From Dubosiella newyorkensis (GTDB lineage Bacteria > Bacillota_I > Bacilli_A > Erysipelotrichales > Erysipelotrichaceae), in contig NZ_MPKA01000045.1 of NCBI RefSeq assembly GCF_001945605.1, forward strand, positions 1 to 32,000: a stretch of DNA of 32,000 nucleotides, written 5' to 3'. Under the pieces are notes generated by a model that saw only the letters and a list, made by a program, of their open reading frames with translations, had not been told where the DNA came from and did no database searches. Every line of letters begins with the position of its first letter. Position 1 is the first letter of the stretch. A program made the position numbers and the translations under genes. Shown here piece by piece: positions 9,301-17,643 of this stretch.

Positions 9301-11717
9301 TCTATGATCCCTTTTAACGCTTCGCTACCAGTTCCCATATTTACCAATTTGATTGCTAAGATGTCATTGGTTAATCCACTAAACAGAAATGGGAAATGTT
9401 CAATAAATTGTTTAATTTTCTCTCTAACTATTTTGCTTACAAAATTTTGTTCCGCCTTAAAACGATCATCATTTGCTAAGCCATAGCATACCCATTCTAA
9501 TGTGCTTTTAGCTTCTATTACTTTATATAATTGATTAATACTCATGTTAATATATGGCACAAGATATAAAGAACTAAGCATCTTCATCAACACATTTTCT
9601 GATGTGTTTTTCCAATCTAAAGCATCAAATCCACCCTCAAGCGCAATTGCGGAAAGTTTTAATCTATATAACATATTCAAAGGATGAAAAGGAGTGAAGT
9701 AAATCGTATGATCATCCTGATTAAAAACTGTTCCTAATTGTAATACACCCATATTCGGTACGGTCAATGTATTACCCGGATTAATATTTGATAAATAAGT
9801 TTTTACTTTTTCTATATATTCTGTTGCAACTCTTCTTAAATCATCATTGTAATATGCTAAACTTGGAATCGTTTTTTCTTTACGAAATTGATCTAGTAAA
9901 GAAAGATAGGCTTGTTTTATTTCTTCAGGTAAATCTAGTTCTATCGGAATTAAAGAATCTTCAGATATTTCAGAAGCAAACATTTGTTCAGCAATGATCT
10001 TTTGTTCCATATCAAAAAAGTGATTTAAAGCCTTTGAAACAGAATACGCAACATTCTCTAACTCTATTGTTGTTTTCCCATTGTAAGAATAATATTTGAA
10101 ACTTTTTTGTTTCTGAAGAGTCAAAATATGAATTGCCTCATCGTTCAATGTGAGTTTTTTCTGAATCTCTGTATTAAGCCTTAAAGGAACCTCAATCAAT
10201 CCAACCTTAATTCCAAAATCTATATGCGCCTCATAATCATTACCATCCAATTTTAATTCTAATTTTTCATTATATTGAATAGGATAAATAGAATTTGGCT
10301 CTAAAGTTTCCAATTTAACTGAATCTATATTCTTTCCTTCAAAAAACAATTCTTGATCCCATAACAAAGTAATCGGTAAATTACTAACAGATTGCGACTT
10401 CTTATATTTAGACACTAAAAAACATGTTTTATATGGCTCCAAATAAATAGAATCAATCCCTAAAATCTCAACAAAAAAATTCACTTTTTCTTTGGAAATA
10501 TTATTCTCTCTATCACGAACCATCTTTAAAGAATAAACACCTATAAAATCCGCGTCTATTTTCACTAAGACCGATTTTTTATTATCTGATAAAACGGTAT
10601 CTATTTTAGAAGAACCCGTTTTTGCCCATTCAAATGATGAAAGCAATTTTGGATAAGAGATTTTCAAATTAACTGTTTTATAAGGCTCAGGATTAAAGAT
10701 TAGAAGATGAATATTTCTTTTTTTTGCTTTTGTTTCTCCTTCATGACGAACAAAGCTCTCTAGAGGTTCAACGAGTCCATTTTCATCCGAATATGTTTCG
10801 ATTATTAAGCGATCTAAATCCAGTTCGGACTGATTAGATTGGATTTCATTCTTCTTCACCTTTTCATAAGAAAGATCACTAAACCATTCTTCATTGTTGT
10901 CTTTCTTTTTTTCTAATTCAGAAATTAATTTTCTTTTATATTTTCCTTCAAGAGCTTCTTTAATATTTTGATATTGAAACACGTCATCTAAATTCAAATA
11001 AATTTTTTTATTCTCATCATAAATACGTTTAATTTCAGCTTTACTTAATTTCTTCTGTAGAAATCGTTCATCAGGTAGTAAATGTAATCCATAATAATCG
11101 GAATCTTTCAATTTACCATTTTCTAAAATAACGATAATTGGCTTAAACAAATACAAAGAAGATGAATCCTCATATTGATCATTGATGATTTCATCTAAAG
11201 AGTACATGAGTACACCTTTTTCAACCTCATTAAAGTTGGACCGCTTTATACTATCTGACAGTTCGGTTTGAAGATCCTTTGGAGAAAAAGGATATCCTGT
11301 TGCTTTTAAGCTGACAGCTCCACTTTCGATCGTATCAATTGGAGCATAATCCAAGATCAGCATTGTACGATTTAAATTCCTTAATTTAGCAAAAAATCCA
11401 TCACTAACGGCATTATCCTTAGGACAAACTATGACCTGAATACTGCCTGATATAGAAATTTCTAAAGTTTCGTATCCATTTAATTCAAACACTTGATTGA
11501 GTTTGAGTTTTTTTGCTAATTTACAAAGAGCATTATAAATCCCCTCTACTTCTTCAGGATTTGAAAGATTTAAATAAAATTTTTCTCCATCTTCCAAGGC
11601 TTTTGCTGCGGCTAAATTTTTAAAAAAATCATATATAGTCTTAGCAATCCACATATAAAAGGCATCATTTTGTTCCTTGGTTATGTTATTCTCCATATTT
11701 TTATATTCGTTTGACAT
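6330..11717 (-). CDS. dptH: DptH/DndH-like phosphorothioation-dependent restriction protein with a C-terminal FtsK/HerA-like ATPase
   Basis: This is a giant ORF of about 1795 aa. Walker A is GTMGTGKTQ and Walker B is FVLVDEAENF, both in the C-terminal third. An acidic linker (EENKDEFEQYKDEEEKE) precedes the ATPase. The gene follows dptF and dptG in the canonical order. The ATG at 11717 has a GGAGAGG SD 6 nt upstream. The ORF-track start at 11732 is a GTG that lies inside that SD. Confidence 0.8.
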   Translation of the reverse strand: MSNEYKNMENNITKEQNDAFYMWIAKTIYDFFKNLAAAKALEDGEKFYLNLSNPEEVEGIYNALCKLAKKLKLNQVFELNGYETLEISISGSIQVIVCPKDNAVSDGFFAKLRNLNRTMLILDYAPIDTIESGAVSLKATGYPFSPKDLQTELSDSIKRSNFNEVEKGVLMYSLDEIINDQYEDSSSLYLFKPIIVILENGKLKDSDYYGLHLLPDERFLQKKLSKAEIKRIYDENKKIYLNLDDVFQYQNIKEALEGKYKRKLISELEKKKDNNEEWFSDLSYEKVKKNEIQSNQSELDLDRLIIETYSDENGLVEPLESFVRHEGETKAKKRNIHLLIFNPEPYKTVNLKISYPKLLSSFEWAKTGSSKIDTVLSDNKKSVLVKIDADFIGVYSLKMVRDRENNISKEKVNFFVEILGIDSIYLEPYKTCFLVSKYKKSQSVSNLPITLLWDQELFFEGKNIDSVKLETLEPNSIYPIQYNEKLELKLDGNDYEAHIDFGIKVGLIEVPLRLNTEIQKKLTLNDEAIHILTLQKQKSFKYYSYNGKTTIELENVAYSVSKALNHFFDMEQKIIAEQMFASEISEDSLIPIELDLPEEIKQAYLSLLDQFRKEKTIPSLAYYNDDLRRVATEYIEKVKTYLSNINPGNTLTVPNMGVLQLGTVFNQDDHTIYFTPFHPLNMLYRLKLSAIALEGGFDALDWKNTSENVLMKMLSSLYLVPYINMSINQLYKVIEAKSTLEWVCYGLANDDRFKAEQNFVSKIVREKIKQFIEHFPFLFSGLTNDILAIKLVNMGTGSEALKGIIEFYIGEIKTHKSVDDMISMNIYIYLQEGVVSAFEVLRNINSLTRYLMNSSYVENKFIADLEVILSSKIHCYNVRDIDDAFVYSHLTFFEMKDSDEQASARSINMNTGLSLNGLVSGLSSTHDGIWYKTGFGLKNSVKNDLSCFSDTLNSLYRVFNTSNGYEEGLTIITQLAENQKKKLEKLYKQTNWVVLIEPKIDLSFFTSDRNSKDVMIIHYSDQLSNSNGYDDITVTAKSDQYCEIIKEELLDKGVLADASEIRQIVNLFNVVSGNWLLRMISNDRKSNNQFSREKLSILSAMKVCLAFFETDQIIWVPISMEEMLRVSGSTGLSRNDGVLSAKNLGFEGGVTSDDLLLVGFRITESEGGTIPVYLYPVEVKIGFNGNNVLDKAKKQVQHTSQGLYGALQNTGGPNMKVELLKNYFIKQILLFIEKFDLYEVDPSINWNYLLYNIRTKLINDEFKFDSFDQSYIGKGAIITFTKDCTEPSKELKEDILYLSFSELEGYNFLVKSVERIKRKMSCHFQTCSDRGMEDNFSTDEPDSWDGYDINEHDPGIFINANNQGNGGPNISVIQDPPIEIKELEQVSLAEENKDEFEQYKDEEEKETHGMTILLGTDISNGKDVIWEPNNTEKLFHTNTGIIGTMGTGKTQCTKSIITQLIQNRKYNFSSEDLGILIFDYKGDYNESKEDFVEITKARVFQPYHLPFNPFSLIESKQFRPLLPTHTAGTFVATISKAYSLGVKQSNILKNCIKKAYEEKGIISNDPNTWSKEPPTFHNVYNVYISDEEINHNDSLGAAMDELHEYEVFESDPKKTESLYGLLNGVVVIELDGYNPQLQNLIAAITLDLFYAQMQAKGSSRLDNIYRQLTKFVLVDEAENFMSLNFPSLNKVMKEGREFGVGMILSTQSLSHFNNSETDYSKYILTWIVHNVSDLSNNDIGFVFKTKPKSPETEKIKLEISQLIKHHSLVKVGNGDPIKIEDYPFWKLYKKWKNKN

Positions 11718-13098
11718 ATTTTGCCTCTCCACTGTCGCTTTTTTTATCTATTAAACTCAGCTTCTCAAAATAACCTTCTATTTCTTTTTTGGAAATCGAA
11801 TCGAAATATATGCCTCTTTTTTGGAATTCTTCAAACAATGAATTCAATAATATTTTGTCTTTCCCTTTAATACATATTTTTGTTAAAGAAATAAGATCCG
11901 CTTCAGTAATAGTCAACATATTCCCATTTCTACCCCTCGGCTTTAAAAATCTTTGTTTAATTGTCAGCTCAAAACTCTGTCCGACTTTTTTTCTTACATC
12001 ATCAGAAACCTTTAATTTTATACAATCAAAAATTGTTTTGAGGGCTTGGTCCAAAGTAAAAGAATCTAGTATTTCTTTCCTCTGAAACTCCTCTTTTGTT
12101 TTATCGTCTTTTTTGTTTAAATATCCATCCTTATAACAATTTAAAAGAGTCTTTAATTGGCTAATTATATACGCTCGATCGAATGAATCTTCGCATTCAT
12201 TTTTAAGTGTGATATAATCTATCATTTCATTAAATTGATATCCAATATTCATAAAAGCAAAAAATACAGCATGAATAAACGCATTTTGAACGGCTGGCTG
12301 TAATAACTTCCACCCTTTTAAATAACAGTCACGATTTTGATCCGTTTTTTCATTTCCAAAACAAAAATAAAGAGGAGTATTCTCTGTAGCAGAACCCGAA
12401 GAAAACTGATTCAATGTCAACAAGGTCTGAGATGTATAAGATAAATAGTATAAATTAAGCAAAAAAAACAATGTTTCGTCTATTTCGATCGAATTACTTA
12501 AGAGATATCTAAAATCTTTTTCATAAATCTCATTAAATGATTCTTTCACCTTATAATAATTTGTAGATGAAACCTGTTCCGTAGTTTTTGAAACAGCCGT
12601 ATTGAACCATTGCTCAAAAACATTTAAATATTCTTCCTCGTTCACAAAGCATTCGTCAAAAATTTGTTTAATATTTTCTTTATCTCCTAAAACAAACGCC
12701 ATATAGTTTCCGATTTTAGAAATAACATTTGAATCTTTCGGATTCACTTGTCGAATCAAAGTTAAATTCAATGGTCTGATCGTACCTTCTTCCGTGAAGA
12801 AATAATCCTTAACAATATTTTGTAACTCAGGAATCAAATCAGTATCAATAATTAAATCTGTTTTAAGTTGCTCAAAAATTTGTTCGAAAGAAATCTCTTT
12901 ATTTTTTTCTCCCGATAGATGTCCGAAATATTGAGAGACCAATATTTTTAAATCAAATCCAGTTTTTTTCAATTCTTGCAAGTCATGAGAACCAAAAGGA
13001 AAGAGAGCACCCTCCGTTTTAGTTAATGAATGCTGTTTAAAATCTCCCGAATCATCTTTAAACGCTACATTAAACTCTTTTTCTTTAAAGCAATACAT
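11701..13098 (-). CDS. dptG: DptG/DndG-like phosphorothioation-dependent restriction protein
   Basis: The ORF is 465 aa. The assignment rests on size and position between the DptF-like and DptH-like genes and on tight coupling to both. I recognise no independent motif. Confidence 0.6.
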   Translation of the reverse strand: MYCFKEKEFNVAFKDDSGDFKQHSLTKTEGALFPFGSHDLQELKKTGFDLKILVSQYFGHLSGEKNKEISFEQIFEQLKTDLIIDTDLIPELQNIVKDYFFTEEGTIRPLNLTLIRQVNPKDSNVISKIGNYMAFVLGDKENIKQIFDECFVNEEEYLNVFEQWFNTAVSKTTEQVSSTNYYKVKESFNEIYEKDFRYLLSNSIEIDETLFFLLNLYYLSYTSQTLLTLNQFSSGSATENTPLYFCFGNEKTDQNRDCYLKGWKLLQPAVQNAFIHAVFFAFMNIGYQFNEMIDYITLKNECEDSFDRAYIISQLKTLLNCYKDGYLNKKDDKTKEEFQRKEILDSFTLDQALKTIFDCIKLKVSDDVRKKVGQSFELTIKQRFLKPRGRNGNMLTITEADLISLTKICIKGKDKILLNSLFEEFQKRGIYFDSISKKEIEGYFEKLSLIDKKSDSGEAKYVKRI

Positions 13099-13103
13099 AG
13101 TAT

Positions 13104-14840
13104 TTAATCTCCCAAACCAAATTCATAGTATTCTTCATTTTCGCTAATTTTTGAAAAAGTAAAAATTTTTGATACATCTTCTTTCGGCACGATGTTTATA
13201 CTACTTCTTTGATTTCCCAGTTTCTTCAACTCTGAAATAAAGCTCTCAAAATTTGTAAAGCGGTTCAAATCATCAATCGTTGGTTGATAACCTTCTTTCA
13301 ATAAACTCATCAAAAAAAACAGCGAATGATTAATAATTAAGTCAATCCGTTGATTCGAGTTTCCAATTTGTTCAAACTGAATCGCAATATATGGACTGAA
13401 TCTTTGAATAACTTCCTTGTTTCTATAATTTAATCGAGTGGCTTTCCTTTTGAAATCAATTTTCTCCAATAACAAATATTCTGGTGAGTCTCCGATCACA
13501 TACAAGTTGTTATTCGCATTATAGTCTTCCCATAACTTGATTGACTTCTTTACGTCCTTTTCTAAGCCAATCATTGTTTTTGTATCATCAATGCAATAGT
13601 GATATAAACAATCAATAAATGCATCGAATTTCCCTTCTTTCAGAAAATCCATATTGTGCATTTCACCTAAAAGAATGATGAAACGAAAAATAAGATTTTT
13701 AAGGTCTGAATCTAAATTAAGCAATGACGATAAATCTAGCTCTTCACTAAATTCAGAATATGGCGTTCCTTTTACAGCTTCTAATAATTCAGGTTTTATA
13801 TCTTGCAAAGCATTGTACTTAAACGAGAGATCGTCAAATGATTCACTACGATTTCTTAAAACAGAAAGTGATTGAATGCTATCTAAAAGTTTCGAAACTC
13901 GTGGTTTTTCATTTAATAAAATCGGTGTCGTATCATTATAATAACGCTTAAATAAATCTTTATTTTTTAAACGCCCATAATCTTCCATATTAAAGTTATT
14001 CGGTACTAAAATATCATAAATTAAATTAAGAAATTCACGAGTAGTAACAATAGAATTTTGCTTTAAAACAACTTCTGCTACTTTTAATGAAATATATTTT
14101 TTCTTTTCATCAGAAAAAAACAATTCATAATTCTGTTTAATGGGACACCGATTCCGAATTGGACAATTAAAACAATGGGTTTTGTAAGCAGCATAAAATG
14201 GATTCTCTAAATTCTCGTCAAAAATCCGATGCAGCAATCCCATCAAATAAGACGTATCGATACCTTCTGGTGTCAATGAAAAAATTTGAAAATTAGAAAA
14301 GCTCACGTGTTGGAAAACACTATCCTCTTTATATCCTTCAGAGCGATCATTTCCCACAAGAATGTTCTCTTGAATTACATAATCCTTTAATGCTTGAAAT
14401 GATTCCCCAAAAGAAGATTCAATAAAATTGTTTAACACGCCTAAATTAATCGCAATAATGATTTTCTCATTCCCTGTACTTAAATTTTGATCGCTGAATG
14501 CACTTAGTCGGTTTTTTAAATTCTCAAGATTGGATTGGGTAGGGATTTCACTTTCTGTCGCATCATTGATTATCTCAAAACCATTCAATAAGTACCGATC
14601 TTCTCCATTCTTCAATTCCGCTAAGAGATTCGATTTTCCGTCTCCTGCATTTCCACAAATCAGCACCAAAGATTTCGTATTATTTTTTTGTATTTCAGAA
14701 AGAATTGTTTTTAATTCATCTTCGATATTCCTATGAACATGAAAATACTTTTTAAAATCATCATATTCATTAGAGTTGTCTATAGAATTCTTAGACGATT
14801 TCTGTAATTTCTTTAAGACTGGAATAAATTCACATGCCAT
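13104..14840 (-). CDS. dptF: DptF/DndF-like phosphorothioation-dependent restriction protein (P-loop NTPase)
   Basis: The ORF is 578 aa. An N-terminal Walker A reads LICGNAGDGKSNLL. A cysteine cluster reads HCFNCPIRNRCP. A GGGAGAAG SD lies upstream of the ATG. It is the first gene of the three-gene module. Confidence 0.75.
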   Translation of the reverse strand: MACEFIPVLKKLQKSSKNSIDNSNEYDDFKKYFHVHRNIEDELKTILSEIQKNNTKSLVLICGNAGDGKSNLLAELKNGEDRYLLNGFEIINDATESEIPTQSNLENLKNRLSAFSDQNLSTGNEKIIIAINLGVLNNFIESSFGESFQALKDYVIQENILVGNDRSEGYKEDSVFQHVSFSNFQIFSLTPEGIDTSYLMGLLHRIFDENLENPFYAAYKTHCFNCPIRNRCPIKQNYELFFSDEKKKYISLKVAEVVLKQNSIVTTREFLNLIYDILVPNNFNMEDYGRLKNKDLFKRYYNDTTPILLNEKPRVSKLLDSIQSLSVLRNRSESFDDLSFKYNALQDIKPELLEAVKGTPYSEFSEELDLSSLLNLDSDLKNLIFRFIILLGEMHNMDFLKEGKFDAFIDCLYHYCIDDTKTMIGLEKDVKKSIKLWEDYNANNNLYVIGDSPEYLLLEKIDFKRKATRLNYRNKEVIQRFSPYIAIQFEQIGNSNQRIDLIINHSLFFLMSLLKEGYQPTIDDLNRFTNFESFISELKKLGNQRSSINIVPKEDVSKIFTFSKISENEEYYEFGLGD

Positions 14841-14895
14841 AATTCTTCTCCCACGATTGGTATACCGATCAATTTCATAATATATGTATTTATTA

Positions 14896-14924
14896 ATTAT
14901 AAGGTATTATCACCGGTTTATAAA
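14896..14924 (-). promoter_or_regulatory. Candidate promoter for dptFGH
   Basis: The minus strand reads TTTATA (14924-14919), 17 nt, TATAAT (14901-14896), 55 nt upstream of the dptF ATG. The context is AT-rich, so specificity is low. Confidence 0.3.
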
Positions 14925-14991
14925 TGCTTTTTAAAATCCTATTTCTTATTTTTAGGACGAAATCTTTTATTTTTCCTGATCGCAATCATGT

Positions 14992-15019
14992 TTGTTTACC
15001 TAAACTGAAATGATATACT
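14992..15019 (+). promoter_or_regulatory. Candidate promoter for the pyrophosphatase gene
   Basis: The sequence is TTGTTT (14992-14997), 16 nt, TG-a-TATACT, an extended -10 with TATACT at 15014-15019. An AAAGGA SD precedes the ATG at 15042. Confidence 0.35.
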
Positions 15020-15041
15020 CAAGAAAGAAAGGACGAATGCC

Positions 15042-16649
15042 ATGACAATCTATATTACAGGACACAAAAATCCCGATTCGGACTCGATCGTCGCATCGAT
15101 CGCGTACGCCTATCTAAAAAATGAACTTGGAGAAGAAGCCATTCCCTGTCGATTAGGAAGCATTTCCCAAGAAACCGAATACTTGCTCAACCGCTTCGAT
15201 TTTCCGACCCCGCAACTACTCGAAGACGCTCGATGTACGCTAGGCGAAATCGAACTCTTGCCAGCCACCCAGATCAGCCAAGACGCCACTCTCTTCGAAG
15301 CGCTGCAAACGATGAAACAAGCCAAACAGCCCTTCCTTGCCGTCCACGATCAAAACCACAAGATCATCGGCATGATCACCCGCAACGACATCGCCAATCT
15401 AGGTGTAGAAGACACCGCCTACGGCATCGAAATGCTCCAGCACACCAAACCAAGCGACCTCGTCAAGACCCTCAACGGAAAAGAGATCTACATCCCAGAA
15501 CACCTACACCTGAATGGAAAAGTGAGCATCGTCGCCCTCTCGAGCCACCGCGCCCTCCGCTACCAAGTCCAAGAACGCATGGTCATCGTCTCCGACGATC
15601 CGATCGCCCAAAAAGAACTGATCGAAAAAGGCGCCGGCATGCTCATCCTCGTCTGGTGCGATTCGATCGAAAAAGACGTTCTAGAAGCCGCCAAACAACA
15701 CGAGTGCGCCATTATCCTCTCAGGACACGGAAGTATGAACACCTCGCGCTACCTCTACTTCTCTTTGCCCGTCAGCGCCCTCATGTCCACCAAACTCATC
15801 ACCTTCGAAAGAAGCGAATACGTCGAAGATGTCATCCGCAAAATGAGCCGCTATCGCTATCGATCGTATCCGATCGTATTCGAAGAACAACTTTGCGGCT
15901 ACCTCGAAGCCGGAAAAATGCTGTATCCACCGACGAAGAACATGATCTTAGTCGATCATAACGAATTCAGCCAATCCGTAAAGAATATCGAAAAAGCAAG
16001 CGTCCTCGAAGTCATCGACCACCACCGCATCCACGACTTCACCTCCACACGCCCCGTCTACTTTCGAAACGAAACAGTAGGAAGCACCTGCACTATCGTG
16101 ACCTCCCTCTTTTTCGAACACAACATCCCAATACCACGAAAACTCGCCGGCCTGCTTTTAGGCGCGATGATCTCCGACACCCTGAACTTCCAGTCGCCAA
16201 CGACCACCCAAAAAGACATCGACCTCGCCCAACGCCTAGCCAACCTCGCCCACGAAACGATCGACGAACTCGCCTACGACATCTTCTTCTCCAACGACCT
16301 GTCTCAAAAAGATATCAACGACTTTTTGCAAGAAGATATGAAACACTTCGAAATCACGAACTACCAAGTCGCCATCGCCCAAAGCATCATCCCCCAAAGC
16401 TCCTTGCTCTCCATCCAAGAACAAGAGCTAAAAGAAAAAATGGAAGCCTACACCAAACGCAGCGGCATCGACCTCTACGTCTTCGCCCTCACCTCGATCT
16501 TAGAAAACGGAACCTACTTCTACATCAGCGGACCACTAGCCCAACAGCTCCAACAAAACCTAGACCAAACCCACTTCTTCCCAAACATCCTCTCCCGCAA
16601 AAAACAAATCGTCCCGCTGATCACGAACTGGATCCAAGAAGCCAACTAA
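15042..16649 (+). CDS. CBS/DRTGG-domain family II (DHH) inorganic pyrophosphatase
   Basis: The N-terminal DHH-family motif is ITGHKNPDSDSIVASIAYAYL. The motifs LVDHNE and VIDHHR are present. An insert of about 240 aa in the position of the CBS pair and DRTGG domain accounts for the 535-aa length typical of CBS-PPases. Confidence 0.8.
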   Translation: MTIYITGHKNPDSDSIVASIAYAYLKNELGEEAIPCRLGSISQETEYLLNRFDFPTPQLLEDARCTLGEIELLPATQISQDATLFEALQTMKQAKQPFLAVHDQNHKIIGMITRNDIANLGVEDTAYGIEMLQHTKPSDLVKTLNGKEIYIPEHLHLNGKVSIVALSSHRALRYQVQERMVIVSDDPIAQKELIEKGAGMLILVWCDSIEKDVLEAAKQHECAIILSGHGSMNTSRYLYFSLPVSALMSTKLITFERSEYVEDVIRKMSRYRYRSYPIVFEEQLCGYLEAGKMLYPPTKNMILVDHNEFSQSVKNIEKASVLEVIDHHRIHDFTSTRPVYFRNETVGSTCTIVTSLFFEHNIPIPRKLAGLLLGAMISDTLNFQSPTTTQKDIDLAQRLANLAHETIDELAYDIFFSNDLSQKDINDFLQEDMKHFEITNYQVAIAQSIIPQSSLLSIQEQELKEKMEAYTKRSGIDLYVFALTSILENGTYFYISGPLAQQLQQNLDQTHFFPNILSRKKQIVPLITNWIQEAN

Positions 16650-16717
16650 CCAAACACTGAGCATCAAACAAGCAATCTGCCAACAAAGAACTACAATAGT
16701 AGAAAGGAGGTACCCAC

Positions 16718-17146
16718 ATGGAACCAAACACAAACCCAATTAAAAAACCAAACCCGCAAGATACACTCGTCCACCTTTTAATGAAAGCCGGACATATCTT
16801 GCACCATCAAGATATGAAAAGCGAACAAGCCCAAGTGCTCTTCAAAACGCTAAGTCCCCAACAACAAGACCAACTCAAAGAAATGCTTGAAACGCTGCTC
16901 GCCGACTGGAAGAAAGAAGCCAAACCAAAACTACCAAAAACACCAAAAACACCACAACCAGCCAAACCCGTAACCGACACAAAACCACAAGCCGAAGAAA
17001 AACCACAACCAAAAGAAGAAGACAACACAAACAAAAAAACCAAAAAGAAAAAGAAGAAAAACAAAAAAGATAAAAAACACAAAAAGAAAAAAGACAAAAA
17101 GAAAAAAGACAAAAAAAATAAAACAACGAAAGAAGGCGCACAATGA
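16718..17146 (+). CDS. Hypothetical small protein with a proline/lysine-rich segment and a poly-lysine C-terminal tail
   Basis: A strong AGGAGG SD (16705-16710) lies 7 nt upstream of the ATG. The C-terminus reads KKTKKKKKKNKKDKKHKKKKDKKKKDKKNK. The stop overlaps the next gene's start as ATGATG. Confidence 0.7.
   Translation: MEPNTNPIKKPNPQDTLVHLLMKAGHILHHQDMKSEQAQVLFKTLSPQQQDQLKEMLETLLADWKKEAKPKLPKTPKTPQPAKPVTDTKPQAEEKPQPKEEDNTNKKTKKKKKKNKKDKKHKKKKDKKKKDKKNKTTKEGAQ
17081..17110 (+). repeat. Perfect 15-nt tandem duplication (AAAAAGAAAAAAGAC x2) inside a poly-purine coding tract
   Basis: Read directly from the sequence. It encodes KKKKD twice. It is embedded in an almost pure A/G tract of about 100 nt (about 17031-17130). 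Confidence 0.85.
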
Positions 17147-17643
17147 TGCGCCTCTTTATTGCCCTAGAACTCCCTATCGCCATTCAACAAACACTCGCCA
17201 ACACCCAAAAACAACTCCAAAACAAAGGCGTCCAAGGACGACTCATCCCCCAAAATCAGCTCCACTGTACACTCGCCTTTATCGGAGAAACCAACCAAGC
17301 CAAACAAATCCAAACGATACTCGAAACAACCCCAACCCCCAAAGAAACCCTATGCCTTACCACACTTGGCCACTTCAAAAACCTCATCTACCAAAACCTA
17401 GAAGTCCCCGTCACCTTCTGCGAATACGTCAACACGCTCAAAACCAAACTCGCCCAACAAGGAATCAAGACCGACCCCAAACCATTCAAGCCCCACATCA
17501 CCTTGATCCGAAACGCCAACACGACCCATATCACACTACCTACCCCAAAACTCTGCTTCCAAAACTACACCATCGTCCTCTACCAAAGCCAATTCACAAA
17601 AAAAGGCGTCGAATATCACGCCTTATGGAAAGCTTCCAAATAG
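17143..17643 (+). CDS. thpR: RNA 2',3'-cyclic phosphodiesterase / 2'-5' RNA ligase family (2H phosphoesterase)
   Basis: Two H-x-T-x motifs occur at the expected spacing: LHCTLAF and PHITLIR. The size (166 aa) fits the family. Confidence 0.75.
   Translation: MMRLFIALELPIAIQQTLANTQKQLQNKGVQGRLIPQNQLHCTLAFIGETNQAKQIQTILETTPTPKETLCLTTLGHFKNLIYQNLEVPVTFCEYVNTLKTKLAQQGIKTDPKPFKPHITLIRNANTTHITLPTPKLCFQNYTIVLYQSQFTKKGVEYHALWKASK

Noticed and set aside
1931-14736. Short + strand ORFs inside the island genes, for example 1931-2119, 4017-4418, 4801-4989, 5098-5295, 7348-7599, 9788-9997, 11789-12085, 13654-13875 and 14530-14736.
   Set aside because: They are antisense to long motif-bearing dnd/dpt genes. 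Their sequences are typical AT-rich antisense products rich in F, S, I, L and K. They have no SD and no coupling.
591-14840. A search for a DndB (DGQHR-domain) regulator, or a truncated remnant of one, within the island.
   Set aside because: No DGQHR-like motif was found by eye in any long ORF of the island. The intergenic spaces are too short to hide such a gene. Absence within the window is therefore reported, but a copy beyond the IS66 element cannot be excluded.
16807-17183. Three overlapping minus-strand ORFs (70-102 aa) rich in F, L, C and V, opposite the lysine-rich tract.
   Set aside because: They are the antisense reading of a poly-purine (AAA/AAG) tract, which gives poly-Phe/Leu. 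The + strand ORF has the strong SD and is coupled to thpR.
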